Shown: in pieces, positions 28,824 to 38,075 of the stretch | Layout of the letters: each line of letters opens with the position of its first letter | How positions within the stretch are numbered: the first letter of the stretch is position 1 | Assembly: GCA_965217825.1 (NCBI GenBank) | Contig: OZ244571.1 | Span: 1,248,882-1,312,881, forward strand | Reading direction: 5' to 3' | Length of the DNA: 64,000 bases | From: Candidatus Azotimanducaceae bacterium | GTDB lineage: Bacteria > Pseudomonadota > Gammaproteobacteria > Pseudomonadales > Azotimanducaceae | Program-made: the position numbers and the translations under genes | The notes under the pieces: generated by a model | Seen by the model: the letters and a program-made list of their open reading frames with translations, nothing else | Told to the model about the DNA's origin: nothing | The model's database searches: none

Positions 28824-29922
28824 TTACGAACTCAACGAAGAACACCGCTTCGATGTCGAGTATGCGGATGTATTGGGAATCCCGTTCGACTTTACCGCCA
28901 AACCCGTTCCGCGAAAGGCGAAGCCGCCGCGGGAGACCGTAAGCGCACGGGCCGTTCGACCCGAACGAGACGCGCTCGAAATCCGCTTTCCGAGGGTAGC
29001 CGGCTATCGAGTGGAACTGCCCGAAGCACGGCTGACCGCCGAGTTCAACGAGAATTCGGTGTTGGAATTGACGCCGGATATGGTCGGTCTGTCGATTACC
29101 GTAAACTAGGGGATCATCGGCGAAGGCGTCGACCTGAATCTGGTCCACACTAACGACTTGCGCTATTCAACGCTCGTGTTTCACCTCACGCAGCAACTGC
29201 TCTACACGAAGTGGCGCGACGCCGGCAAGGAGCCGAAACTCCATCTTTTCGGCCAACTGAAGCGCATTACCAGGCAGTGGCTCGATGGCTGTCTCGTTTG
29301 CAAGGGGGGCACGTACCCGGCACAACTCATGTACCAGGAGCTTGCGGACGTGGCCTGCGAGCGCATTACCAGGGCCATCACGCGGGCGGAGATCGGCAAG
29401 CGTCCCGTGAAGGCCGTGTTGGATCCGTACAATCCCACCGGTACAACGTGTAACGTACGCTTCACCACATCGAAAACTGATCGATGGGAGACCGACTCAC
29501 GCTGTTGCCACATTAACTGGGTTATCCTCGACAGTGGCTGGGAAAAAGAATTTTGCCGCGTGGCCGAATCGCATCCCCGGGTACGGGCGTACGTCAAGAA
29601 CCACGCTTTGGGTTTTGAGGTGCCCTACCGCTACGGCTCGGAAACGCGCACGTACCTTCCGGATTTCATCGTTCTCGTGGACGACGGCAAGGGCGTAGAC
29701 GATCCGTTGCATCTCATCGTGGAGATCAAGGGTTATCGAAGAGAAGACGCCAAGGAGAAGAAGGCCACCATGGACACGTATTGGGTGCCCGGTGTGAACA
29801 ATCACGGCGCTTACGTCCGCTGGGCCTTTGCCGAGTTCACGGACGTCTACACGATACAGTCGGACTTCAAGGCCGAGGTGGAATCCGCATTCGGCGAGAT
29901 GATCGAAAGAGCGGCAACGTGA
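28824..29922 (+). pseudogene. type III restriction enzyme Res subunit, C-terminal (endonuclease) part only; 5'-truncated, internal amber codon
   Basis: FDVEYADVLGIPFDF...GIIGEGVDL...STLVFHLTQQLLYTKWRD...YLPDFIVLV...LIVEIKG matches Res C-terminal / PD-(D/E)xK regions. Track ORFs 28792..29109 and 29158..29922 are in the same frame, separated by a single TAG (29107-29109). The helicase half is absent. Confidence 0.65.
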
Positions 29923-29963
29923 TGATCGGCCAGCACTCCAGAGCTTGCTGAAGGGGTCCGGTC

Positions 29964-31718
29964 ATGCCTTGGGATAGTGACAGCTTGATGACTCAACTCG
30001 CACTTGGCGAGGATAGCCGCGTCGAGTTCAAGGAAGTCGAGTTCGCCGGCAATCACGTTCGCGCCCCTCGTCGGGAGACGGTTGCCGACGAGTTGGCTGC
30101 TCTTGGCAACACCATCGGCGGAACGTTGATCTTCAGCGTGTCGGACGCTGGTGAAGTGCGATCGATGAACCGGCACCAGATGGATGCGCTGGAATCCCTT
30201 GTAGGCGAGATTTGCGCGGACAGCATCCGTCCACCACTGGCGTTCGTGACCCAGCGGCTGGCATTGCCGGATGGTTCGTCCGTGCTGGTCGTCGAAGTCG
30301 AACAGAGCGCGTTGGTCCACAAGAGCCCCGCGGGGTACCTTTCCCGGCAGGGCAGTTCCAAGCGTGAACTGGCGTCGGAAGCGCTGCATCGCCTGTTTCA
30401 ACAGCGGGGACGTTCCGGCCTGCTTGGTCCCGACGAAGCGATCATTGCCGGAACCGGGCCCAACACGCTCGATGCGACGCTGGTAGATCGATTCCTGAGT
30501 TCGCGCGCCACCGAACCCACCACGGTTCAACTCACGAAGCTGGGATTGGTGCGGGAGGATGACAGTGGCGTGACCCGTGCAACCGTGGCCGGCGTGCTGC
30601 TTTGCGCTGTGCGCCCGGACCAATACGTAAGCGGCGCCGTGATCGAAGCCGTTCGCTACCGGGGCACGGTGCTAGGCCGTGCAAACCAGCACGATGCAGC
30701 GTCCATCACCGGCCCCTTGGACCGGCAGATCCGGGATGCTGTCAACTTTGTCAGGCTCAACACGCATTTGGCCGCGCGCAAGGCTCCCGGGCGGGTGGAG
30801 ACCCCACAGTTCAGCCCACGGGCGGTGTTCGAAGCGATCGTCAATGCGGTGGTGCACCGCGATTACTCGATAGAGCACGCGAAGATACGGCTCTTCATAT
30901 TCGACGACCGGCTTGAGTTGTATTCGCCCGGCGCACTGCCCAACACGCTGCCCGTCGAAGCCATGCGCAATCGCCAAGCAACGCGCAACGAAACGCTAAC
31001 CTCCAGTCTACGCACGGTTGCGGTTGGGAATATCGACGGCGCAGGCGACCGGCAGTACTTTCTGGAGCAACGCGGCGAAGGCGTGCCGATCATCTACGAG
31101 CAAACTCGGGCTTTGACAGGGCGCGATCCGGAATACCAGCTACTCGGCGGCGCGGAACTGCGGTTGACCATTCCTTCCGCCCGCCCGCCGGTGGCGGGCA
31201 TCGAAGGCGAAGTGTCGGTATCCGTGGCCGGTCGACCGCTGGCAGGAGCCCAGGTCGTTGCGCTGTATCCCAACAAGACCTGGATGGAGGAAACTACCGA
31301 TACGTTCGGTCGAGTCGCTTTTGGGTTTCACTCGGAACTTCCCATTACCGTTTTCTGCGCCGCGCCGGGGCATGGCGGCCAGGTAGCGCGGGATTGGCGG
31401 CCGCCGGAACCGCTCTCTGTACAACTCGAACCGCTACCAGCAGGTGGCTCCATGGCATTCACGGAAGAAACCGGCCATTTGCCCAACTTAAACGGGCGAC
31501 TCAATCCGATCCTTGACAACCTCGACCGCATGTACCTGTATGCGACGAACGTCGCGATCGATGAGGGCAAGCAGCAACCCGTTCACTTCAAACTGAATCG
31601 GCCCTTGCGGCTCACCGATGTCAACGGTTTTGAATGGATCGTGCGGTTCATCGAGATGATCGGAACGTCGGCGCTATTGGACTACGAACGGCCTGGCCCG
31701 CAAAGGAAGGACCGATGA
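29964..31718 (+). CDS. Schlafen/AlbA_2-domain plus HATPase_c_4-like protein with unusual C-terminal beta-rich region
   Basis: The N-terminus GEDSRVEFKEVEF...GGTLIFSVSD...VLVVEVEQS is AlbA_2-like. AVFEAIVNAVVHRDYS...IRLFIFDDRLELYSPGALPN is the COG2865-type ATPase-like domain. The last ~190 aa are not the usual wHTH. Confidence 0.7.
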   Translation: MPWDSDSLMTQLALGEDSRVEFKEVEFAGNHVRAPRRETVADELAALGNTIGGTLIFSVSDAGEVRSMNRHQMDALESLVGEICADSIRPPLAFVTQRLALPDGSSVLVVEVEQSALVHKSPAGYLSRQGSSKRELASEALHRLFQQRGRSGLLGPDEAIIAGTGPNTLDATLVDRFLSSRATEPTTVQLTKLGLVREDDSGVTRATVAGVLLCAVRPDQYVSGAVIEAVRYRGTVLGRANQHDAASITGPLDRQIRDAVNFVRLNTHLAARKAPGRVETPQFSPRAVFEAIVNAVVHRDYSIEHAKIRLFIFDDRLELYSPGALPNTLPVEAMRNRQATRNETLTSSLRTVAVGNIDGAGDRQYFLEQRGEGVPIIYEQTRALTGRDPEYQLLGGAELRLTIPSARPPVAGIEGEVSVSVAGRPLAGAQVVALYPNKTWMEETTDTFGRVAFGFHSELPITVFCAAPGHGGQVARDWRPPEPLSVQLEPLPAGGSMAFTEETGHLPNLNGRLNPILDNLDRMYLYATNVAIDEGKQQPVHFKLNRPLRLTDVNGFEWIVRFIEMIGTSALLDYERPGPQRKDR

Positions 31719-32005
31719 ACAGAGATGAAATCCTGAGCGTCCTCCGAGCGCACAAGGGGACGCTAGCGCGGCGCTTTGGGGTCGCGGAACTCGCAGTGTT
31801 CGGTTCCTTCGCCCGAGACCGGGCCACGGACGACAGCGATCTCGACGTGCTGGTCCGTTTCGACGGCCCCATTCATTGGGAGCGGTATTTCGGCGCCCAG
31901 TTCTATCTGGAGGATCTTCTGGGCCGTCCGGTGGACCTAGTAACCGAAAAAGACTTGCGGCCCGAAGTGTGGCGCTATGTGGAGCGTGAGGTCGCCAATG
32001 TCTGA
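31715..32005 (+). CDS. mntA: MntA-type nucleotidyltransferase antitoxin (type VII TA)
   Basis: The minimal nucleotidyltransferase motif is present (LAVFGSFARDRATDDSDLDVLV). Its ATG overlaps the TGA of the upstream gene (ATGA at 31715-31718). Confidence 0.85.
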   Translation: MNRDEILSVLRAHKGTLARRFGVAELAVFGSFARDRATDDSDLDVLVRFDGPIHWERYFGAQFYLEDLLGRPVDLVTEKDLRPEVWRYVEREVANV

Positions 32006-32268
32006 TGCCGGCCACGAAGGCAGGGCGTGGCGTCACCACGTGCAGGACATGATCGATTTCGCGCGTAGGGCGGTTGCGTATACGCAGGGGAAGACGCAGG
32101 TGGATTTCGTTGCCGATGCGCTCACGTACGATGCCACCCTGCGCAATCTGGAATTGATCGGCGAGGCAGCTACCCATATTCCGAACAGGGTTCGCGAGGC
32201 CCACCCCGAGATTCCGTGGCGCGCGATCATCGGAGTGCGAAACCGCTTGGCGCATGGCTATCTGGGCA
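31998..32268 (+). pseudogene. hepT: HepT (DUF86/HEPN) toxin, 3'-truncated
   Basis: DUF86 sequence with the R-x4-H-x-Y motif (RNRLAHGY). The start overlaps the mntA stop (ATGTCTGA). Homology stops right after HGYLGI, where the duplicated crtI-like fragment begins, and the reading frame runs on into unrelated sequence. Confidence 0.75.
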
Positions 32269-32641
32269 TCGTGACACACACCTCGGCGACGAGTTCCTGC
32301 GTCGCGTCCGCGCCACACGCACCGAGTCGGCGACCTTGCGCATGAACGTGGCGCTCGTCGAACTGCCTGACTTCGCTTGTCGTCCTGGCATCGAGGCAGG
32401 GGACCACCACCGCGCCGGTATCGTCATCGGTCCGACCCTGGACTACCTGGAGCACGCCTGTCTCGAAGCCCGTCGCGGCGACTACTCACAGTTCCCGGTC
32501 ATCGAGATGCTCATCCCGTCGACGGTAGATGATTCCCTCGCGCCCCCGGGGCGCCACGTCGCGAGCCTGTTCTGCCAGCACTTCCCGCGCGACCGGGACT
32601 GGGACACGCATCGGGATGCCGCCGCCGATGCGGTATTCGCC
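32269..32641 (+). pseudogene. duplicated internal fragment of the CrtI-like oxidoreductase gene (copy of ~26528-26899)
   Basis: Alignable by eye base for base with 26528-26899. It is more diverged at its 5' end and nearly identical later. It is part of the chimeric 162-aa track ORF 32216..32704. Confidence 0.8.
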
Positions 32642-32647
32642 ATGATC

Positions 32648-33046
32648 GGCAAGACGCGGTTTCGAATCAAGGGATTCGACGTGCTGCCCTGGTTTCTCGG
32701 CTGACGTCACGCGAACGGGTCGCGCCAATGGGGCGTGCGTTGCCCTTCCAAAACGTATCACCGCCTCGACCTTGACCATCGAGACTCGTCTGTCCGCGGG
32801 CTGCCACGTGACTCGGGACTACGCAGCCGTGCGCACGGTGCAGGAGCGGGTGGAACGAATCCTCGAAGAGTGGGAGCTTGTAGGCACCAGGGCTCGTTGG
32901 CAACATTCCCACATCAAATCGCGCTCGACGCCGCCATCCGGGGACAGCCCACGCCGACAGACACGTTGTCCGGCGTCTTCCAGCCTTATCGACCCAGGCT
33001 GATGCGGGCTGTGAGGATTGCTTCGACCCGGTGGTGCCGACCGCGA
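32648..33046 (+). repeat. copy of 28422-28820: last ~57 bp of the DUF4143 ATPase gene plus the ~340-bp IS91-upstream region
   Basis: GGCAAGACGCGGTTTCGAATCAAGGGATTCGACGTGCTGCCCTGGTTTCTCGGCTGA and the following ~340 bp match 28422-28820 with a few substitutions. Confidence 0.85.
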
Positions 33047-34330
33047 CATCCACGAACGCCACCGACCGGAAGAGACGCCGCTCTATCGCATCGTCGAGAC
33101 CTGCTACCCGAAGTTTCTTGCCCGGCTGGAGGCCGAAGGCGCATCCCCGCCGCATTTCGTCCAGCGGGAGTTCGACGACCACCTGAAGTGCGGCTTGCTC
33201 GAACACGGGTTTCCGCGCGTCAAGTGCGACGCCCGCCGTCACGAGCACCCGGTGGCCTTTTCGTGCAAGCGACGCGGATTTTGTCCATCCCGCGGCGCAC
33301 GTCGGATGGTGGAGTCGGCCGCACATCTCGTCGATCACGTGCTGTCGGAGCAACCCATCCGGCAGTGGGTGCTGACCTTCCCCTACCCGTTACGCTTCCT
33401 GTTCGCCGCCCGGCCGCAAGTACCGAGCCAGATCCCGGGCGTCGTCCACCGTGCGATCTCGACTTGCCTCATCAAAAAGACGGGGTTCACCGTCGCCTCC
33501 GGCGCCAAGACCGGTGCGGTCACCCTGATCCAGGGTTCGGTTCGGCGCTGAACCTCAATATTCACTTCCATATGCTCCTTCTCGACGGGGCGTACAACTT
33601 CAAAGGACGCCGCCCGACGTTTCATCGGGCACCGCGGCCGACTCGCGCCGAGCTCGCGAAGCTGTTGCATACCATCGGCCAGCGGGTGGCCCGATTGCTC
33701 GAACGCCTTGGCCCGCTCGTGCGCGACGCAGACAGCGACCACCTCGACTTCGAGCCCGGTGAGGCTTTCGATCGGCTGGTCGGCGCCTCTATCCACTACC
33801 GGATCGCCATCGGGCCCAACGCCGGCAGGAAGGCATTGACCTCGCGCACCGTCCCGGGACAGTCCGAACCCTTCCCATCCACCTTGCTCGCCGGGCAGCC
33901 GGGCTTTTCGCTCCACGCCGCCACCGTCTGTGAAGCCGCCCAACGCGACAAGCTCGAAAAGCTCTGTCGCCACATCGCACGGCCCGCCATCGCCAACGAG
34001 CGGCTCTCGACCAACGATCGGGGACAAGTCGTCTATCGGTTCAAGCAGCCGTTTCGCGACGGCTCCACCCACGTCGTCCTCGACGCACTCGACTTCATCG
34101 CCCGCCTGGCGGCGTTGGTCCCGCGTCCGCGATCGAACCTCACCCGGTTCCACGGCGTGTTCGCGGCGAATCGCAAGCATCGTGAGTCCGTCGTGCCAAA
34201 ACGCAAACCTCGCCACGAAAAGCCGGATAAGCCCCTTGCCCCCATGACCCGGACGCAGCGCCTGAAACGCGTCTTCGCCATCGACATCGAGACCTGCCCC
34301 AAGTGCGGCGGCAAACTGCGCGTCATCGCC
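33047..34330 (+). mobile_element. IS91-family (Y2 HUH rolling-circle) transposase gene, decayed: frameshifted and 3'-truncated
   Basis: N-terminal zinc-binding region (FVQREFDDHLKCGLLEHGF.RVKCD...FSCKRRGFCPS) and Y2 core (LNLNIHFHMLLLDGAY...LTRFHGVFA). Relative to the copy at 47579-48912, it has a 1-nt deletion near 33531 and loses homology after 34330. Two zinc-ligand Cys are Arg here. Confidence 0.8.
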
Positions 34331-36810
34331 TATTGGTCCAGATCAAATGTTCCCATCGACCGCTGCAAGATTTTGTGGCCCAGACTCACGCGATAGGACT
34401 TGGGCCGTGCATTTCCGCTTTCCAAACCGAAAGATCCCAATACGTTGACTATTCGCTTTATCAGCAATTTAGCATCCTCCTCCCGTTTGGTTCGGTGTAG
34501 CAGTATCGACAGGTTAATTAAATCTGCCGCCACGATCGGGTGTTGGGTGCCAAACGCAGCCTCATCGATCTCCAAGGCACGGCGCGCGAGTTGCTCGGCT
34601 TCCTCCATCCGATTGGTGTCACGATGCAATCGCGCCAAGTTGCTCAAAATAGGTGCCATGGTCCGGTGTTGGGCACCGAAGGCGGACTCAGTGATCGCCA
34701 ACGCTCTCCGCAACAGTGACTCAGCTTCCTCGATCCGATTGGTTCTGTGCAGAAAAATTGCCAAATTGTTCAAGACTATCGCCATATTCGAATGTTCATT
34801 GCCGAAGCTGACCTCATCGACTTCCAGTGCTCTGCGCAATAGCGTCTCAGCTTCCTCGTTTCGGTTGGCGTCATGTAGCAGAAACGCCAACTTATTGAGC
34901 AACGGTGACAAGATTGGGTGCTGTTTGCCGTAGGCGGCTTCACTTATGTCCAGCGCTCTGCGCAATATGGGTTCAGCTTCATCGATCCCCTGGGTGTCGT
35001 GCAGCAATGCGGCCAAGTCGTTCGAAGCCCATGCTATAAGGCCGGTATCGGCGATACCGGTCGCCTCGGCAAGGGCGGGGCGCAATTGATCCTCAGAGTC
35101 CTCCAATCGTGCGAGTTCCTTCAATATCGCGGCGATTCTGAGGCGTTGCCGGATTCGTTCTTTGCCATCGCCCATGCTTTCAAGCGAATCTTGGAGGAAT
35201 GAGAGTTTCGTCTCGGAGAACGTGCGCAGCGTAAGCGTTTTGCCCATCTCCGTAAGCCGGTAGGCGAACTCTTCTAGTTCACCGCTTCGGTGCATTTCCC
35301 AGCATGCGATCATTTCCTCAACTTCTGAAAGATAGTCGCGAGCGGACGGGGTGCTTGTAATGATGCGAGCAATGGATTGGCTTACGGTGTCACCAGCCAG
35401 CGGTGCGGCTTCGAGTATGTAGTTCACTACTTGTTCGGCAACTCCACGGGAGGCGTAGAGCCTAGCCATACTGAACTTCGCGATCGCCTTTTCCTTGGCG
35501 TTGCCGATTTCACTCAGGTAATCGAGGGCCTTTTCCGCATCGAAATTCCCATCTTGGACGACTTTTCCGCGCAGTAGACGCCGTTTTTCTTCTCGCGCGT
35601 CGATGCTCGGGTAGAAGAGGTTGAAAAACTTGAGCAGAAACGGCAGACGTTTGCGCGCACCGCGGGAAAGGTTCATTGCGAGCCAGATATCGAAGAACCC
35701 CTCGCGAATCGTGTAAAGATGCGAGCGTTTGTCTCGCGGGTTCTGGGTTGAGCGAAGGTAGTGGGCATCGGAGAGGCGTTTCAGCAGTGAGGAAGTTTCC
35801 TGCTGGCTCATGCGCATTCGTGCAGCGATTGCGGCCGGCGTCTTTTCCTGGTCGCGCATGCCGGCCAGGCATTCCAGTAGCGCGCGTTGGCCGGGCGGCA
35901 GGTCGTTCAGTCGTCCTTGATAGAACGGCGAAATCCTGTCGAGCAGCAGGTGGAATTGGTCCTGTACGCCGGTGACCGATTCCTGGGCGATCAATTCGTA
36001 GAGCATCATCGTCAGTCGTGGGTTTCCCCCCGTCATTCGATAGAGGGCTTGGAAACGAGGACGCAAGTCATCAAACGTATCGAGAATATCCTTTCGTTCA
36101 TCCCACTGCAGATTCAGCCGGATGACTTCAACGGATTCTTCAAAGCTCAAGTTGTCCAGGATCTGAATGTCAAAGAAGTCGTAAAACGGTTGCCGTATGT
36201 CGGTGATTCCGTCGAAGTGCATCGGTGCGGTGGCCAACAGCAGGCAGCCATTGTCGGCCATTAGGAACTTCCGTAGTGAGGCGATGTCATCCTTGCTACG
36301 GATTTGCCGGGTAAAGATTTCTCCCAGATTTTCGAGCATCACGAGCATCGTGCGATTGCACCGGCGATTCTGTTCGCGGATTGCGGGGACGAGTGTGTCG
36401 ACTACAGTGTCGTTGTCTTCCTCGGTTTCCACGTCGGCAAACAAGTCCGACCATATCGGCTCGTCTTCGAAGACATCTTTCAAAATTCGACAAAGACCGA
36501 TCAGGAAGTCGGCGAAGGAACGCGTCCGATTCGATTCCTCCGGGAATCGCACAACCACCGCCCTCGCACTTAGTGCTTTGTCCGATCGAACAGCGTCTTC
36601 AATGCATGAGAGCAGGTGGGTCTTGCCAATTCCGCGCGGGCCGACAAACAACATGTGATGTTTCGACTTTCTGCCCAAGGAATTTCGCAAGGATTCGATG
36701 GCGTTGTCGAGCAGGTGTTGACGCCCGACGCTGGTTCGGCGCAAGCGCTCCGGACTGGTCACGCCCGACCGGTACAGCCCGATGTTCGTATTGAGGGGCG
36801 GCTCAGGCAT
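34330..36810 (-). CDS. STAND/ORC-Cdc6-like P-loop NTPase with winged-helix segment and C-terminal TPR array (826 aa)
   Basis: Contains VGRQHLL...FVGPRGIGKTH (Walker A), MLVMLENL (Walker B-like), GGNPR, and an HTH-like segment (MSQQETSSLLKRLSDAHYL). There are at least four tandem 42-aa TPR units (LRRALEIDEAAFGTQHP..., LRRALAITESAFGAQH..., LRRALEVDEVSFGNEH..., LRRALDISEAAYGKQH...). The TAG stop straddles the IS91 junction. Confidence 0.75.
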   Translation of the reverse strand: MPEPPLNTNIGLYRSGVTSPERLRRTSVGRQHLLDNAIESLRNSLGRKSKHHMLFVGPRGIGKTHLLSCIEDAVRSDKALSARAVVVRFPEESNRTRSFADFLIGLCRILKDVFEDEPIWSDLFADVETEEDNDTVVDTLVPAIREQNRRCNRTMLVMLENLGEIFTRQIRSKDDIASLRKFLMADNGCLLLATAPMHFDGITDIRQPFYDFFDIQILDNLSFEESVEVIRLNLQWDERKDILDTFDDLRPRFQALYRMTGGNPRLTMMLYELIAQESVTGVQDQFHLLLDRISPFYQGRLNDLPPGQRALLECLAGMRDQEKTPAAIAARMRMSQQETSSLLKRLSDAHYLRSTQNPRDKRSHLYTIREGFFDIWLAMNLSRGARKRLPFLLKFFNLFYPSIDAREEKRRLLRGKVVQDGNFDAEKALDYLSEIGNAKEKAIAKFSMARLYASRGVAEQVVNYILEAAPLAGDTVSQSIARIITSTPSARDYLSEVEEMIACWEMHRSGELEEFAYRLTEMGKTLTLRTFSETKLSFLQDSLESMGDGKERIRQRLRIAAILKELARLEDSEDQLRPALAEATGIADTGLIAWASNDLAALLHDTQGIDEAEPILRRALDISEAAYGKQHPILSPLLNKLAFLLHDANRNEEAETLLRRALEVDEVSFGNEHSNMAIVLNNLAIFLHRTNRIEEAESLLRRALAITESAFGAQHRTMAPILSNLARLHRDTNRMEEAEQLARRALEIDEAAFGTQHPIVAADLINLSILLHRTKREEDAKLLIKRIVNVLGSFGLESGNARPKSYRVSLGHKILQRSMGTFDLDQ

Positions 36811-38032
36811 AGTATTTCCTCCACCACAACTTCAGCACGCCGCTGGCGAAATCGTATTTTGAATTTTCGATTTCGACGATGTAGAAATCGTTCTCGAGGT
36901 CGAGCAATAGACGATTGAATAGTTGTTTGCGTTCATGCGACGGGAGTTCGAGGCCAAGGTCCGCCAGCAGGCGTTCCGTTTCCTGCAACAGCGTTTCACG
37001 CCGCAGCCCTGACGCGGACATGCTGATCTGGCCGAGCAAGGCAGGGGCAATCGAACGCTCCGGGTCCTTGTAGTATTGCCGTATCCGCGAATGGAAGTGT
37101 TGTAGCCGGGTGCGGGCGCCGGAACTGACAATGAGCGCGTCGAACACGGCATCGACATCCGACGCTAGGATTTTGCGATGCTCACGTTTCCACAACCGGT
37201 AGAGATCCTGGGTAAGCATCTGCATGAACAGCGGGATGGGACGGCCCAGGCGAACGATTAGCCGTTCCGAAACGTCTTCTTCAAATGGGACGCCTCGCCC
37301 TCCTAGCATATCGTTCACGAAGGTTCCAATGTCACCGTCGGAGAGCGGAGGCAGAGGCATGTCTTCAAGGTCGTTGATGAGATCTACCAGCCCGAGCGCG
37401 TCGAGAGTCGATGCCAAGTTGACCGAGCCGCCAACCAGCCAACGAATTGAGTCTCTGGCCGGTGCGGGGCCTAGCCGTTGGGTGCGAAACCAGCCGAGGA
37501 ACTCGCGCAGCAAGGGTTCGTTTTGCCGGGACAGGTTGAGCAGCATGTCGGGAAATTCGTCGACGATGAACAGAATAGGCACGCGGGTTTTGCGTGCTTG
37601 GGCGAGAAACCGGTCACCGTGGTGTCGCCAGTTTTCGCGCCAATCGGGGGCGCCTTGGCGTAGCGCGAGTTTGAAACCTCCTACTCCAATTTCATCGATC
37701 CTTCCAAGCACACCATTCACGAGCCCCCAACCTGCAGCAAGTTGGTCGCGGACGAAGTTCGGGTGCCCATCATGCAATGCATCGATCAGCACTTGGAAGA
37801 AGTCGGCTGGATGGGTCAGATCCTGGGTATTGATCGAAACCACCGAGAATCCGTTTTCGGGATGGTCACGCATGTGGTCCATAACGCTGGTTTTGCCGGT
37901 TCGTCGGGGTGCCGTCAGTACCACATGCCCGGCGCGCAACGTTTGCCAGAGTTCCCTCAGAAACGCACCGCGAAATCGCAGGTCAACAGGGTCGATGGGA
38001 GCCCCGGTATAGAATTCGGGCATCTGGTCCAT
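36803..38032 (-). CDS. AAA_16/Arch_ATPase-like P-loop NTPase (409 aa)
   Basis: FRGAFLRELWQTL...LTAPRRTGKTS (Walker A) and ILFIVDEFP (Walker B), with a helical C-terminal half. The start is set at MDQMPEF (ATG 38032). The stop overlaps the downstream gene's start by 8 nt (ATGCCTGA). Confidence 0.75.
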   Translation of the reverse strand: MDQMPEFYTGAPIDPVDLRFRGAFLRELWQTLRAGHVVLTAPRRTGKTSVMDHMRDHPENGFSVVSINTQDLTHPADFFQVLIDALHDGHPNFVRDQLAAGWGLVNGVLGRIDEIGVGGFKLALRQGAPDWRENWRHHGDRFLAQARKTRVPILFIVDEFPDMLLNLSRQNEPLLREFLGWFRTQRLGPAPARDSIRWLVGGSVNLASTLDALGLVDLINDLEDMPLPPLSDGDIGTFVNDMLGGRGVPFEEDVSERLIVRLGRPIPLFMQMLTQDLYRLWKREHRKILASDVDAVFDALIVSSGARTRLQHFHSRIRQYYKDPERSIAPALLGQISMSASGLRRETLLQETERLLADLGLELPSHERKQLFNRLLLDLENDFYIVEIENSKYDFASGVLKLWWRKYYA

Positions 38033-38075
38033 TTGCACATCAATTTTGTTGTAAAACAGAGTTGCCGGATAAATA

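Noticed and set aside
29107-29109. In-frame TAG in the Res remnant as a recoding (pyrrolysine/readthrough) signal
   Set aside because: The gene is already 5'-truncated and lacks its helicase half. A plain nonsense mutation in a decaying gene is the simplest explanation.
32772-33002. 76-aa ORF in the IS91-proximal repeat (interrupted by TAG at 28672-28674 in the other copy), considered as an IS91 accessory ORF
   Set aside because: It has a TTG start, no RBS and a Ser/Pro/Arg-rich C-terminal half, and I recognise no family. The evidence is too weak to call a gene. It is noted only because IS91 itself has a small upstream ORF.
32735-34396. 553-aa ORF suggesting a large intact protein across the IS91 region
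   Set aside because: It is a composite. The first ~270 aa read non-coding repeat and out-of-frame tnpA, and only the second half is the true transposase frame (downstream of the 1-nt deletion). The end runs into the antisense strand of the NTPase gene.
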